DNA of 64,000 nucleotides from Clostridia bacterium (GTDB lineage Bacteria; Bacillota; Clostridia; Christensenellales; Borkfalkiaceae): NCBI GenBank assembly GCA_021204625.1, contig JAJPZA010000120.1, positions 4,483 to 68,482 of the forward strand, read 5' to 3'. Shown piece by piece: positions 48,259 to 57,280 of this stretch (position 1 is its first letter; each line of letters starts with the position of its first letter). The notes under the pieces were generated by a model. It saw only the letters and a program-made list of their open reading frames with translations, ran no database searches and was not told where the DNA came from. The position numbers and the translations under genes were made by a program.

Positions 48259-49170
48259 ATGACATATGATGAATTCAAGGCACACGTAATTGCGAACGGA
48301 GACAAAGCATACGAGGAGGAGTCCGTAATGGAGCAGTTCGGCTGCAGCTGGCCGGAGGCGGAGGACGCCATCCGGAAGGGCATTAATGAAGGCATTCTGC
48401 TCATAGACACGGATGATGAAGACGGGGTAACAGGAGATGTCAGGATTGCGGCAAACCCGGAGCTGCATGATGCCGTGGACACAACAACTCCGGAGTACAA
48501 GCTCCAGCGCAGGGCTGTATATGAGTATCTCAAGCGCGTGAGAGAGGCAACCATGCAGATGCTGCGGGATGAATGCCTGTCTTCAAGGATTCCGTACGCA
48601 GCACTCCGCTGCATCCTGCACAGCCTGGAGGAAGAGGGATATATTGCGGCCAATCCGGATGAGGACCGCTATGAGATTCTGGACACGCCCGCCAAAGAGG
48701 CAAAGCCCATAGAGGACCTGGACACAGTCCGCCATGATCTTTCCGTCTCTGTATACGGCATAACAGACCAGCTCCGTCTGGCAGAGGAGGCAATGGACGG
48801 TCTCGGCGCGGCATGGGAGAAGCTTCTTTCCTGCAATTATGATGACCCGGAAGATCTGTCCGGCTGGGCGTATTCAGACCAGAAATGCCTTATCACCATG
48901 TATCTGGACAGCGTCATGGATGAGGCGAAGAATGTGAGGATTCTTCTTTGGGAAAATTTCAGGCATCTGGCAAACCTCATCCGTAATTCCAAGCATTTAT
49001 GCAGTATCATCATCCGCGAGGCTGGAGAGGCCAAGGACATTGTCACCAACAGCAGTCTGTCCTGTGAGAAAATCACAGAGGACTCCAAAGTCCACATGGA
49101 CTATCTTCATGAAGTCTGCATAGATCTGTATGACAGAATCTGCAGGGTCACAGAGTATGCCACGGCCTGA
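48259..49170 (+). CDS. Hypothetical protein with two winged-helix-like modules and a helical C-terminal domain
   Basis: GGAGG RBS. The segments VMEQFGCSWPEAEDAIRKGINEGIL and MLRDECLSSRIPYAALRCILHSLEEEGYI look like FtsK-gamma/MarR-type wH modules by eye. Confidence 0.6.
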   Translation: MTYDEFKAHVIANGDKAYEEESVMEQFGCSWPEAEDAIRKGINEGILLIDTDDEDGVTGDVRIAANPELHDAVDTTTPEYKLQRRAVYEYLKRVREATMQMLRDECLSSRIPYAALRCILHSLEEEGYIAANPDEDRYEILDTPAKEAKPIEDLDTVRHDLSVSVYGITDQLRLAEEAMDGLGAAWEKLLSCNYDDPEDLSGWAYSDQKCLITMYLDSVMDEAKNVRILLWENFRHLANLIRNSKHLCSIIIREAGEAKDIVTNSSLSCEKITEDSKVHMDYLHEVCIDLYDRICRVTEYATA

Positions 49171-49215
49171 AAGGCTCCCGTCCAGCAAACATCCGCTATA
49201 CGCTAAGGAGGTTAT

Positions 49216-50253
49216 ATGGAAACAGAAAACGTAAGCAAGTCATTCATGAACTACATACGCAAGAGAGCGTGCGGAACAAAGTACAGCACGCTGTCCGTGA
49301 TGAACAAGTACAACTGCGGGTACCTTGATGCCAGGCAGGCCATCCAGGAAGCCGTGAATGCGGGATACCTGTCATTTTCCGGGGGCATGGAGTACGTCCG
49401 CACATTCCGCGAGCCGGCATACAAGAGGACCCCTTTCACAGCTTTCACAGTCAATGATGCGGACAAGGAAAAGGAGGCCCCCTCGTCTCCGTATGCGGCC
49501 AGCAAGAAGGCCGTCATGGCGCACCTTCTTAACGAGGGCTTCGCCACCGTTCCGGACATGATGGCCCGTTTTAACCTCACATACGTGACAATGTGCAGGA
49601 TTCTTTCGGATCTGGAGAGCGGCAAGATAGCGGAGCATGTGAAGGGCATGACATGGAAAGCCAGCACGCAGCCGTACCTGGAAGGCATGGGGCTTATCCG
49701 GGAAGACAGGCCGGAGGAGACGCAGGAGACCTCACCTTCCGGCGAAGCGGGGGATGACTCCAGGCCCGGGGCCGAAGACTCTTCCAATGAAAATGAAGCG
49801 GAGGATGAAAGAAGCAAGGCTATCCGGGTTGCCAAGGAAGACATCACAGAATTCGTTTCAGAGCTCGGAGAGATTTCCGCTCAGCTGGACAACGTGTCCA
49901 GCTGTCTCAGGAATGCGGATTACAACCTGCCGGAACATGCTCCCTTGAATGATGATATAAAGGAAGATCTGGACAAGCTGTGCGGCGTCCTGTCCGCGGC
50001 ATATTATGCCTCGGACAGTCTGTACCAGCTTCTTTCCAGCATTCCCAACGGAACCGGTCTCATGCATGAGACTACCCGCAAGAGCATGCTCATGCGCAAG
50101 GAGGCCTCTGTTTTAAAGGACATCGTGCACCGGTACATTGACAATCCGGAGCACTCCGCAAAGCCTTCAGCCGGGATGATCAGTAATCTCATCCGGCTTG
50201 GAGCCTCTCTGTCCGAGGCCGCATACCAGATTGCCTGCAACGTTGCCAAGTGA
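49216..50253 (+). CDS. Paralogous-architecture hypothetical protein (two wH-like modules, an acidic linker, and a helical C-terminal domain)
   Basis: AAGGAGG RBS. The segments VMNKYNCGYLDARQAIQEAVNAGYL and DMMARFNLTYVTMCRILSDLESGKI. The layout matches that of 48259-49170. Confidence 0.6.
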   Translation: METENVSKSFMNYIRKRACGTKYSTLSVMNKYNCGYLDARQAIQEAVNAGYLSFSGGMEYVRTFREPAYKRTPFTAFTVNDADKEKEAPSSPYAASKKAVMAHLLNEGFATVPDMMARFNLTYVTMCRILSDLESGKIAEHVKGMTWKASTQPYLEGMGLIREDRPEETQETSPSGEAGDDSRPGAEDSSNENEAEDERSKAIRVAKEDITEFVSELGEISAQLDNVSSCLRNADYNLPEHAPLNDDIKEDLDKLCGVLSAAYYASDSLYQLLSSIPNGTGLMHETTRKSMLMRKEASVLKDIVHRYIDNPEHSAKPSAGMISNLIRLGASLSEAAYQIACNVAK

Positions 50254-50380
50254 GGTCCCCCAAAGGGGAAATGTCTCCAAGCTGGCAGATGACATAAGAA
50301 TGCTGGACACAAAGCATACCCCTGGCATGGGGCCGTATTAAACGGCCTGCCCATAGAAGGACCGGAGGAGGATAAATGAG

Positions 50381-50866
50381 ATGGATAATGCAGATGAAAA
50401 CACCTTGACTGTCTATATGGTCCGTTTTGGAAAATACTATCATGTCTGTGCAGACAGAGCCGAAGCATTCTCTTGCGGCGCGGAGCTGGCGGAAATAATC
50501 AGGCAGAAAGGAGATTTGAAACAGCTGGACTCGCTCCTGGCATGTCAGTATATCCTGAATAAGGACCGGCTTGAGGAGATTATAAAGTTTGTCAAGGCAA
50601 ACAGCCTGGCTTATGCAGGCACAAGCGACCCCGATTTTGATGCGGAGCAGTTCCTGCGGCCGGCCATATATGATCCCCAGCATGCTGCAGCCCAGCAGAT
50701 CAATGCATTCTATGGCGGGCTGATAAAGTGTTTTGACCCGGACGAATTCTGGGTGGCAAGAGAAGTCGCCGGGAGGCTGTGCGCCAAGACGCCGGATTAT
50801 CCGGAGGAGGCGGATCCGCACGGACACATACAGCAGATGGAGATAGACAGGCTTTCTTTTGACTGA
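50381..50866 (+). CDS. Hypothetical 161-aa protein (last gene of the operon)
   Basis: GGAGGAGG RBS. No motif recognised. Confidence 0.55.
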   Translation: MDNADENTLTVYMVRFGKYYHVCADRAEAFSCGAELAEIIRQKGDLKQLDSLLACQYILNKDRLEEIIKFVKANSLAYAGTSDPDFDAEQFLRPAIYDPQHAAAQQINAFYGGLIKCFDPDEFWVAREVAGRLCAKTPDYPEEADPHGHIQQMEIDRLSFD

Positions 50867-51461
50867 TTCCCGCACCGGCTGCTTTTTTAACCGGTTCATT
50901 CATTGGCTGCTCCGGGATTCCGGTGTGCAGATGCACGCGGATTCACCAAATAAAGCCAGCGTTCTCCATGCTTCCGGCATGCAGAATTTCCCAGCCCTGG
51001 CAGAGGACCTGCCAGGGCAGAGGGAGAGGTTCCATGCAAGAGAATCCACTGGACACTCTCATATCCAAAAAGCATGAAAGCATGCATATTGTGGTATTTC
51101 GCATACTGTGTGCATATTGTATCTTAATCCGGCTTTCCTATACTCCATTCATGTCTTCCATCCAGATAAAATCCACACGGAAATCATGGTTTGCTGGAAT
51201 ATAAATGGGTATTCAAGGCAGTGAAACAGGATTTTTTGCAATCGTGATTGGAAGAACGGCAATATGCAAATGGATTCATTATGTATACAATAAAGGTGTA
51301 CTTTATGGTTAGTTCATAATTCTTTGCTGCAATGCCATTACAACCGGCAAAGGGGGAGACAAACCTGGAGTATGACACAAGAACAATCTTATCTCTGGAG
51401 CAGGAGGAACAGTGCATATAGCCATCTGCAGGATGCAAGTTGCATAGAGCATATATAACAA

Positions 51462-51495
51462 GTCCAGAGAATACAGAGGATTCTCTGGACTTTTT
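51462..51495 (+). terminator. Strong rho-independent terminator with no annotated gene upstream (orphan)
   Basis: GTCCAGAGAAT-ACAGAGG-ATTCTCTGGAC-TTTTT. It lies about 600 nt after the previous CDS and about 200 nt before the helicase start. Confidence 0.65.
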
Positions 51496-51697
51496 GGCCT
51501 CTAAGAAGAAGCGGTTAAGCGGGGCTGGTGTATGGAGCAGTGCCAGGCAGGGCATTGCATATGCGCCGGCGGAAGAGGCCCGTGAGACCGGATTTGCAGG
51601 ATGGCGGAATGCTCAACATATCTTGCGTATATGTCCGGCATATGGTACAATTTGCGTATGTTCCGGTGCACAGGAGATTAAGGTTGGAGCGGGGGAT

Positions 51698-53860
51698 ATG
51701 AGCGATAAAGTAACTGTTGCATGCACTAAGGACTTCATGAAGGCATTGCAGGATCTTTCATATGAAAAACAGAGCCAGTTCTGGGATTTCCTTCCAAAGT
51801 TCATAGACAACCATCTGGCAAAAGGGATTCATTATGAAAAGCTGGACAACAGGGATGACGGCATATACTCGGCTAAGATAGATGTAGGGTACCGGGTCAT
51901 AATAAAGTACCTGGAGAATGAAGGCCTGTACGTCCTTCTGTATATCGGGGACCATGTCTCCACGTACAGATGGATACAGCGCAGGCACTGCGAGGTCAAT
52001 TCCATCACCGGAGTCCTGCAGCTGTATCAGGCGGAGAACATAGACGTCATGTACCCGTACCAGCCGTACCCGTCTGTTGAGCCGGAAGAGAAGAGACTGT
52101 TTGACCAGTATACAGACAAGGAGCTCATGCTTTTGGGAGTGCCGGAATCACTGGTGAAATATGTGCGTCTTGCGGAGACCCAGGAAGACATCATCGTGCT
52201 GCAGACTCTTCTCCCGGAAGACGTGTTCACAAACCTGAAGTTCCTGCTAATCGGCTGCACACTGGATGAGGTCCTCATATACATGGCAGACAGCTGCTCA
52301 TATGCTTCATCCGGGACAGCGAAGGCGGATTACGTGGAAAATTCCATCCCGTCCGTGGACAATCCGGCTGCACAGCAGACATTCTATGTGGTCCGCAATG
52401 AAGATGAGTTCAGGCAGATTCTCTCGGAACCTTTGGAGGAGTGGAGGGTGTTCCTTCATCCCACACAAAGAAAGATAGCCAATATGGATTTTGAGGGCCC
52501 GGTCCGTGTCCTTGGGGCGGCGGGCACGGGCAAGACGGTCATAGCAATTCACAGAGCTAAATATCTGGCTTCCAAATGCGCGGAAGGGGAGAAGATCCTC
52601 TATACAACATTCAACACCAACCTTCCGGAGGACATCAAAAGCAATCTGCGCAAGATATGCACCCCGGAGGAGATGCAGAAGATAGATGTTATCAATCTGG
52701 ACCGCTGGACCGGGCAGTTTATGGAGGACAATTCCTTGCCCGGCAAGCTCATATACGGAACTCCTTTGAACAATTTATGGGCCAAGGCATGCGAAGGGTC
52801 TGCCCTGGACTTTGAGCCGGCATTTTATGCAGATGAATGGAGCAGGGTTGTAATACCCAACAAAGCATTCACGTATGATGCATACGCATCTGCGCCCAGA
52901 CCAGGCCGCGGCAACAAGCTTGGCAAGAAGATGAAGCAGCAGGTATGGGACGTGCTGGAGAAATACATGTCCCTCATGAAGGTTAAAAAGGTCAGGGATA
53001 ATGACACGGCCATGCTGGAGTGCGCTAAATACATCCGGGAGCACCGTGATGACCCCTCATATGTTGGTGCTAAATACACAAGCATTATAGTTGATGAAGC
53101 GCAGGATTTCGGGGATGCGGCATTCTGTCTCATCCGTGCCATCGCAGGGGATGAGCATCCCAATGACATTTACATCACCGGAGACAGCCATCAGCGCATA
53201 TACGGCCGTTACACCAACCTGTCAAAATGCGGTATCAGCGTCTGCGGCAGGGACAGAAGCCGTTCTCTCCGCATAAATTACAGAACGACAGATGAGATAC
53301 GAAGCTGGGCCCTGTCTCTTCTGAAAGGAGAGACATTTGATGACCTGGACGGCGGCCTGGACCCGGAAACAGAATGCACGTCCTTAACCCATGGCCCTGC
53401 ACCGGTTGTCAAGAACTTCCATACGGCAGACGATGAAGTCCTCTATATTGCGGAGGAAATCCAGAAGCTTGTTTCATCCGGTGAGAAGCTTGCGGACATC
53501 TGCGTCGTCCTTCGCACAAACCAGCTCATATCCCTCTACAAAAAAATGCTCACAGCAGCGGACATCCGCATGTATGAGATCAAGAACGGACAGGCGGAGG
53601 AGCGCGACATGGACGCCGTCCGGATAGCCACGATGCACAGGGTCAAGGGGCTTGAATTCAAGTACGTCTTCATCGCCTCTCTGAACAAAGGAGATTTCCC
53701 TAATCCGAATGTAGTGAAGGAGACCAATACCCCTGAGGCCAACAAAGAGGGCACGAAGAGTGAGAAGTGCCTGCTGTATGTGGCCATGACCAGAGCGCAG
53801 AAGGGCGTATATTTAACGAGCAACGGCACGCCAAGCGAATTGCTGCCAGCAGCAGAATAG
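51698..53860 (+). CDS. SF1 UvrD/Rep-like helicase with an N-terminal RelE/ParE-toxin-like domain
   Basis: The N-terminus GIYSAKIDVGYRVIIKYLENEGLYVLLYIGDHVSTY follows the RelE/ParE beta-sheet pattern. Helicase motifs GAAGTGKT, IIVDEAQDF, ITGDSHQRIY, YRTTDEI, TMHRVKGLEFKYVFI and LLYVAMTRAQKGVYL. Start at the ATG at 51698; the extended ORF from 51440 crosses the terminator. Confidence 0.8.
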   Translation: MSDKVTVACTKDFMKALQDLSYEKQSQFWDFLPKFIDNHLAKGIHYEKLDNRDDGIYSAKIDVGYRVIIKYLENEGLYVLLYIGDHVSTYRWIQRRHCEVNSITGVLQLYQAENIDVMYPYQPYPSVEPEEKRLFDQYTDKELMLLGVPESLVKYVRLAETQEDIIVLQTLLPEDVFTNLKFLLIGCTLDEVLIYMADSCSYASSGTAKADYVENSIPSVDNPAAQQTFYVVRNEDEFRQILSEPLEEWRVFLHPTQRKIANMDFEGPVRVLGAAGTGKTVIAIHRAKYLASKCAEGEKILYTTFNTNLPEDIKSNLRKICTPEEMQKIDVINLDRWTGQFMEDNSLPGKLIYGTPLNNLWAKACEGSALDFEPAFYADEWSRVVIPNKAFTYDAYASAPRPGRGNKLGKKMKQQVWDVLEKYMSLMKVKKVRDNDTAMLECAKYIREHRDDPSYVGAKYTSIIVDEAQDFGDAAFCLIRAIAGDEHPNDIYITGDSHQRIYGRYTNLSKCGISVCGRDRSRSLRINYRTTDEIRSWALSLLKGETFDDLDGGLDPETECTSLTHGPAPVVKNFHTADDEVLYIAEEIQKLVSSGEKLADICVVLRTNQLISLYKKMLTAADIRMYEIKNGQAEERDMDAVRIATMHRVKGLEFKYVFIASLNKGDFPNPNVVKETNTPEANKEGTKSEKCLLYVAMTRAQKGVYLTSNGTPSELLPAAE

Positions 53861-54022
53861 CCGTTTGGCACTGCAATCCTGCAACTTATATGCAATTATG
53901 GCGGTGGAAACCAGAGAACGCGAGACTAATTTTGACACTTTTCAATCTTGCTCCATATGCCATTTCATTGCTTGCGTTGCAGTGCGGAAACTATTAAAAT
54001 ATAGGCATCTGTTCCATAGATG

Positions 54023-54051
54023 TTGTACAGATCCGGGTACGGTATTATAAA
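54023..54051 (+). promoter_or_regulatory. Promoter candidate TTGTAC-N17-TATAAA
   Basis: Hexamers at 54023-54028 and 54046-54051, upstream of the methyltransferase gene. Confidence 0.45.
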
Positions 54052-54091
54052 GTGAGAAAGGGAATCCGTGGATGAAGCAGAGGGGTATGCC

Positions 54092-54682
54092 ATGCCAGAC
54101 AGTACGATAGAATATTATGATACGCACTGTGATTCGTTTGCCGCGGATACGGTGGATGCGGATATATCAGAAACACAGAAGCGTTTTGCCGGTATGCTGC
54201 CGGTCGGAGGGGCTGTTCTGGACTTCGGCTGCGGAGCCGGGAGGGATGCTAAAGCTTTTCTAGGCATGGGCTTTCAGGTGGATGCAATAGACGGATCAAA
54301 AGAGATGTGCAGGATTGCCTCCATGCATACCGGAATAGCCGTGAAGCAGATGTATTTTCAGGAGCTGGATGAGACGGAGCGCTATGACGGCATATGGGCC
54401 TGTGCGTCCATTCTGCACTTAAGCTCAGAAGAGCTTCCGGATGTTCTGCGGAAAATGGCAAAAGCCCTTAAAGGGAACGGCATCATTTATGCTTCATTCA
54501 AATACGGCTCATACGAAGGAGAGCGCAAAGGGCGGTATTTCACGGACATGACAGAGGATTCCTTTGCGAAGATTGCGAAAGGAATTGGGGACCTGAGGAT
54601 CGAAGAGGAGTGGATTACATCGGATGTCAGGCCGGGCAGGGGAGACGAGAAATGGCTCAATCTGATTCTGAGAAAAATATAA
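54092..54682 (+). CDS. Class I SAM-dependent methyltransferase (small, Methyltransf_11/25-like)
   Basis: Motif I VLDFGCGAGRDA, then a DxS acidic loop and GIWACASILHL. Start at the ATG at 54092 after GAGGGG. Confidence 0.8.
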   Translation: MPDSTIEYYDTHCDSFAADTVDADISETQKRFAGMLPVGGAVLDFGCGAGRDAKAFLGMGFQVDAIDGSKEMCRIASMHTGIAVKQMYFQELDETERYDGIWACASILHLSSEELPDVLRKMAKALKGNGIIYASFKYGSYEGERKGRYFTDMTEDSFAKIAKGIGDLRIEEEWITSDVRPGRGDEKWLNLILRKI

Positions 54683-57231
54683 TCAGCCGTTCCGGCCTGC
54701 CGGGCCATGAGGAAAATACGGGCGCAGTTCAGAATTCCGGGGAGGCGGCGAATATGGCACTGGCTTTGGATGCACACACGGAGTATGCTCCTACCAATGT
54801 CATGACCGGCGGAGACAACCAGTCCAAGTACCTGTATTATCAGCTTATGATGAGCATGAAGCAGGCCGAAGGGATAGACATACTTGTGTCGTTCCTTATG
54901 GAGTCCGGCGTCAGGATGATAGTGGATGAACTGAAAAGTGCCCTGGACAGGGGCGCAGCTGTCAGGATTCTCACAGGGAATTATCTTGGCATCACACAGC
55001 CATCTGCCCTTTATCTTCTCAAAAAGGAACTGGGGAAGCGTGTGGACCTGAGGTTCTACAACGAGAAGGACGTCTCATTCCACGCCAAGGCATACATTTT
55101 CCATTACAAGAACATGAGCGAAATGTATGTCGGTTCATCCAACCTCTCCAGAAGCGCATTGACTTCCGGAATAGAGTGGAATTACAAGATTAACAGCCTC
55201 TCCAACAGCAATGACTATAATCAGTTCTACAGCACTTTTGAGGATCTGTTCTGCCATCACTCCATCATAATAGATGATGCGGAGCTTAAGAGATATTCGG
55301 AAAACTGGCACAGCCCTGCGCTGGCCAAGGACCTGGCGCGGTATGACAGCAAGAATCTGGAAGACCAGCCCAAGGTTATTAGCATTTTCCAGCCGAGGGG
55401 AGCGCAGATAGAGGCGCTGTGCGCTTTGGAGAACAGCAGGGCCGAGGGTGCAACAAAAGGCCTGGTGCAGGCGGCTACGGGCGTCGGGAAAACATATCTG
55501 GCGGCCTTTGATTCTGCTCCATATGAGACGGTTCTGTTTGTAGCCCACAGGGAGGAGATATTAACCCAGGCCGCAAAGTCATTCAGAAATGTGCGCCAAT
55601 CAGATGACTACGGATTCTTTACTGGAAAGATCAAGGATACCGGCAAGTCCGTGATATTCGCCTCCGTAGGCACACTGGGGCAGAAGAAGTATCTCAGCGA
55701 GCAGTATTTCACCCCGGATTATTTCCAGTATGTCGTTATAGACGAGTTCCATCATGCCGTCAATGACCAGTACCTTCGCATTGTAAACTATTTCAAGCCC
55801 AAGTTCCTTCTTGGGCTTACAGCCACTCCGGACCGCATGGACGGAAGGAACATATACGAGATCTGCGATTATAACGTTCCGTACGAAATCTCGCTGAAGA
55901 CGGCAATAAACAAGGGCATGCTGGTGCCTTTCCATTATTACGGCATCTATGACGAGACGGATTATTCCGGGATTCACTATGTCCGCGGGCATTATGATGA
56001 GCAGGAACTCACGGAAATGTACCGCAGCAATGCGTTGCGGTATGAAGTAATATACAAGCACTACTTGAAATACCACTCCAAACGGGCTCTGGGGTTCTGC
56101 TGTTCCCGCGCGCATGCGGAAGAGATGGCAAAGCAGTTCTCTTCCAGGGGCATCCCGTCTGTAGCGGTGTACAGCAATGCGGACGGCGAGTTTTCTGAGG
56201 ACAGGGACAAGGCAGTCCAGGCTCTGAAAGACGGAACAATAAGGGTGATATTCTCTGTGGATATGTTCAATGAGGGCCTGGATATCGAGGCCGTTGACAT
56301 GGTCATGTTCCTTCGTCCCACAGAATCCCCGGTTGTGTTCCTGCAGCAGCTTGGACGAGGCCTCCGGCTCTGCCCCGGCAAGGAATATCTCAACGTCCTG
56401 GACTTCATCGGCAATTACGAAATGGCAGGGAGGACCCGTTTCCTGCTGTCCGGGGATAATGAGGACCCCAAAAGGGCCGGCGGACGCAAACCCGGAGAGC
56501 CTGGCCGCATGGAATATCCGGATGACTGCATAGTGGACTTTGACATGCGGCTAATCGATCTCTTCAGGGAGATGGACAAAAACAGCCGCACCTTAAAGGA
56601 GAGCATCCGTCTGGAATATTATAATGTGAAAAGTAAAATTGGTGGGCGGGTGCCCACCAGAATGGAACTGTTCACTTACATGGACGATGACGTATACCAG
56701 CTCTGCGTAAGCCATCCAAAAGAGAATCCGTTCCGCGCATATCTGGTCTATTTGCATGAGTTGAATGAATTGTCTGACGAAGAGGAAGAGCTCTATAACG
56801 GGATTGGCAAAGATTTTATCTCCGTGATGGAGACAACGGACATGGTTAAGGTGTACAAAATTCCAATCCTGTACAGCTTCTACAACCATGGAGACATCCG
56901 CATGGCCGTTACAGATGACGAAGTGGTCTGTGCGTGGAAGGAGTTCTTCAGCACAGGCACCAACTGGAAAGATATTGACAAGGTGACATCCCATAAGAAA
57001 TATCTGGCCATGACGGATAAGCAGCATTTGAGCAAGGCAAAATTCATGCCGATACATTTCCTATTGCAGTCCGGGAAAGGTTTCTTCGTTGAGAAAGACG
57101 GGTATGCCCTTGCGCTCCGGGACGAGCTCGCCAGGTGCATACAAAATGAAGCACTCAAAAGTCACATGAAGGATATCCTTGAGTACCGCACGATGGAATA
57201 CTACCGGAGAAGATATCAGGACAATCGGTAA
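54652..57231 (+). CDS. PLD-family (NgoFVII-like) nuclease domain, SF2 DEAH/ResIII helicase, and a C-terminal DUF3427-type domain
   Basis: HKD-type motif HAKAYIFH...GSSNLS. Helicase motifs AATGVGKT, VIDEFHH, LTATPDR and QQLGRGLR. The C-terminal 270 aa match my recollection of DUF3427 proteins. The start is either 54652, overlapping the methyltransferase by 31 nt, or 54757; both have RBSs. Confidence 0.8.
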   Translation: MAQSDSEKNIISRSGLPGHEENTGAVQNSGEAANMALALDAHTEYAPTNVMTGGDNQSKYLYYQLMMSMKQAEGIDILVSFLMESGVRMIVDELKSALDRGAAVRILTGNYLGITQPSALYLLKKELGKRVDLRFYNEKDVSFHAKAYIFHYKNMSEMYVGSSNLSRSALTSGIEWNYKINSLSNSNDYNQFYSTFEDLFCHHSIIIDDAELKRYSENWHSPALAKDLARYDSKNLEDQPKVISIFQPRGAQIEALCALENSRAEGATKGLVQAATGVGKTYLAAFDSAPYETVLFVAHREEILTQAAKSFRNVRQSDDYGFFTGKIKDTGKSVIFASVGTLGQKKYLSEQYFTPDYFQYVVIDEFHHAVNDQYLRIVNYFKPKFLLGLTATPDRMDGRNIYEICDYNVPYEISLKTAINKGMLVPFHYYGIYDETDYSGIHYVRGHYDEQELTEMYRSNALRYEVIYKHYLKYHSKRALGFCCSRAHAEEMAKQFSSRGIPSVAVYSNADGEFSEDRDKAVQALKDGTIRVIFSVDMFNEGLDIEAVDMVMFLRPTESPVVFLQQLGRGLRLCPGKEYLNVLDFIGNYEMAGRTRFLLSGDNEDPKRAGGRKPGEPGRMEYPDDCIVDFDMRLIDLFREMDKNSRTLKESIRLEYYNVKSKIGGRVPTRMELFTYMDDDVYQLCVSHPKENPFRAYLVYLHELNELSDEEEELYNGIGKDFISVMETTDMVKVYKIPILYSFYNHGDIRMAVTDDEVVCAWKEFFSTGTNWKDIDKVTSHKKYLAMTDKQHLSKAKFMPIHFLLQSGKGFFVEKDGYALALRDELARCIQNEALKSHMKDILEYRTMEYYRRRYQDNR

Positions 57232-57280
57232 GAAAAGCCATGTTGCTTCTTTCGAAAATGGAGAGCATATAGCGTGTTGA

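Noticed and set aside
51440-51697. 86-codon N-terminal extension of the RelE-like helicase (806-aa ORF)
   Set aside because: The extension reads through a strong terminator hairpin (51462-51495). It uses a non-ATG start with no RBS, whereas the ATG at 51698 has one.
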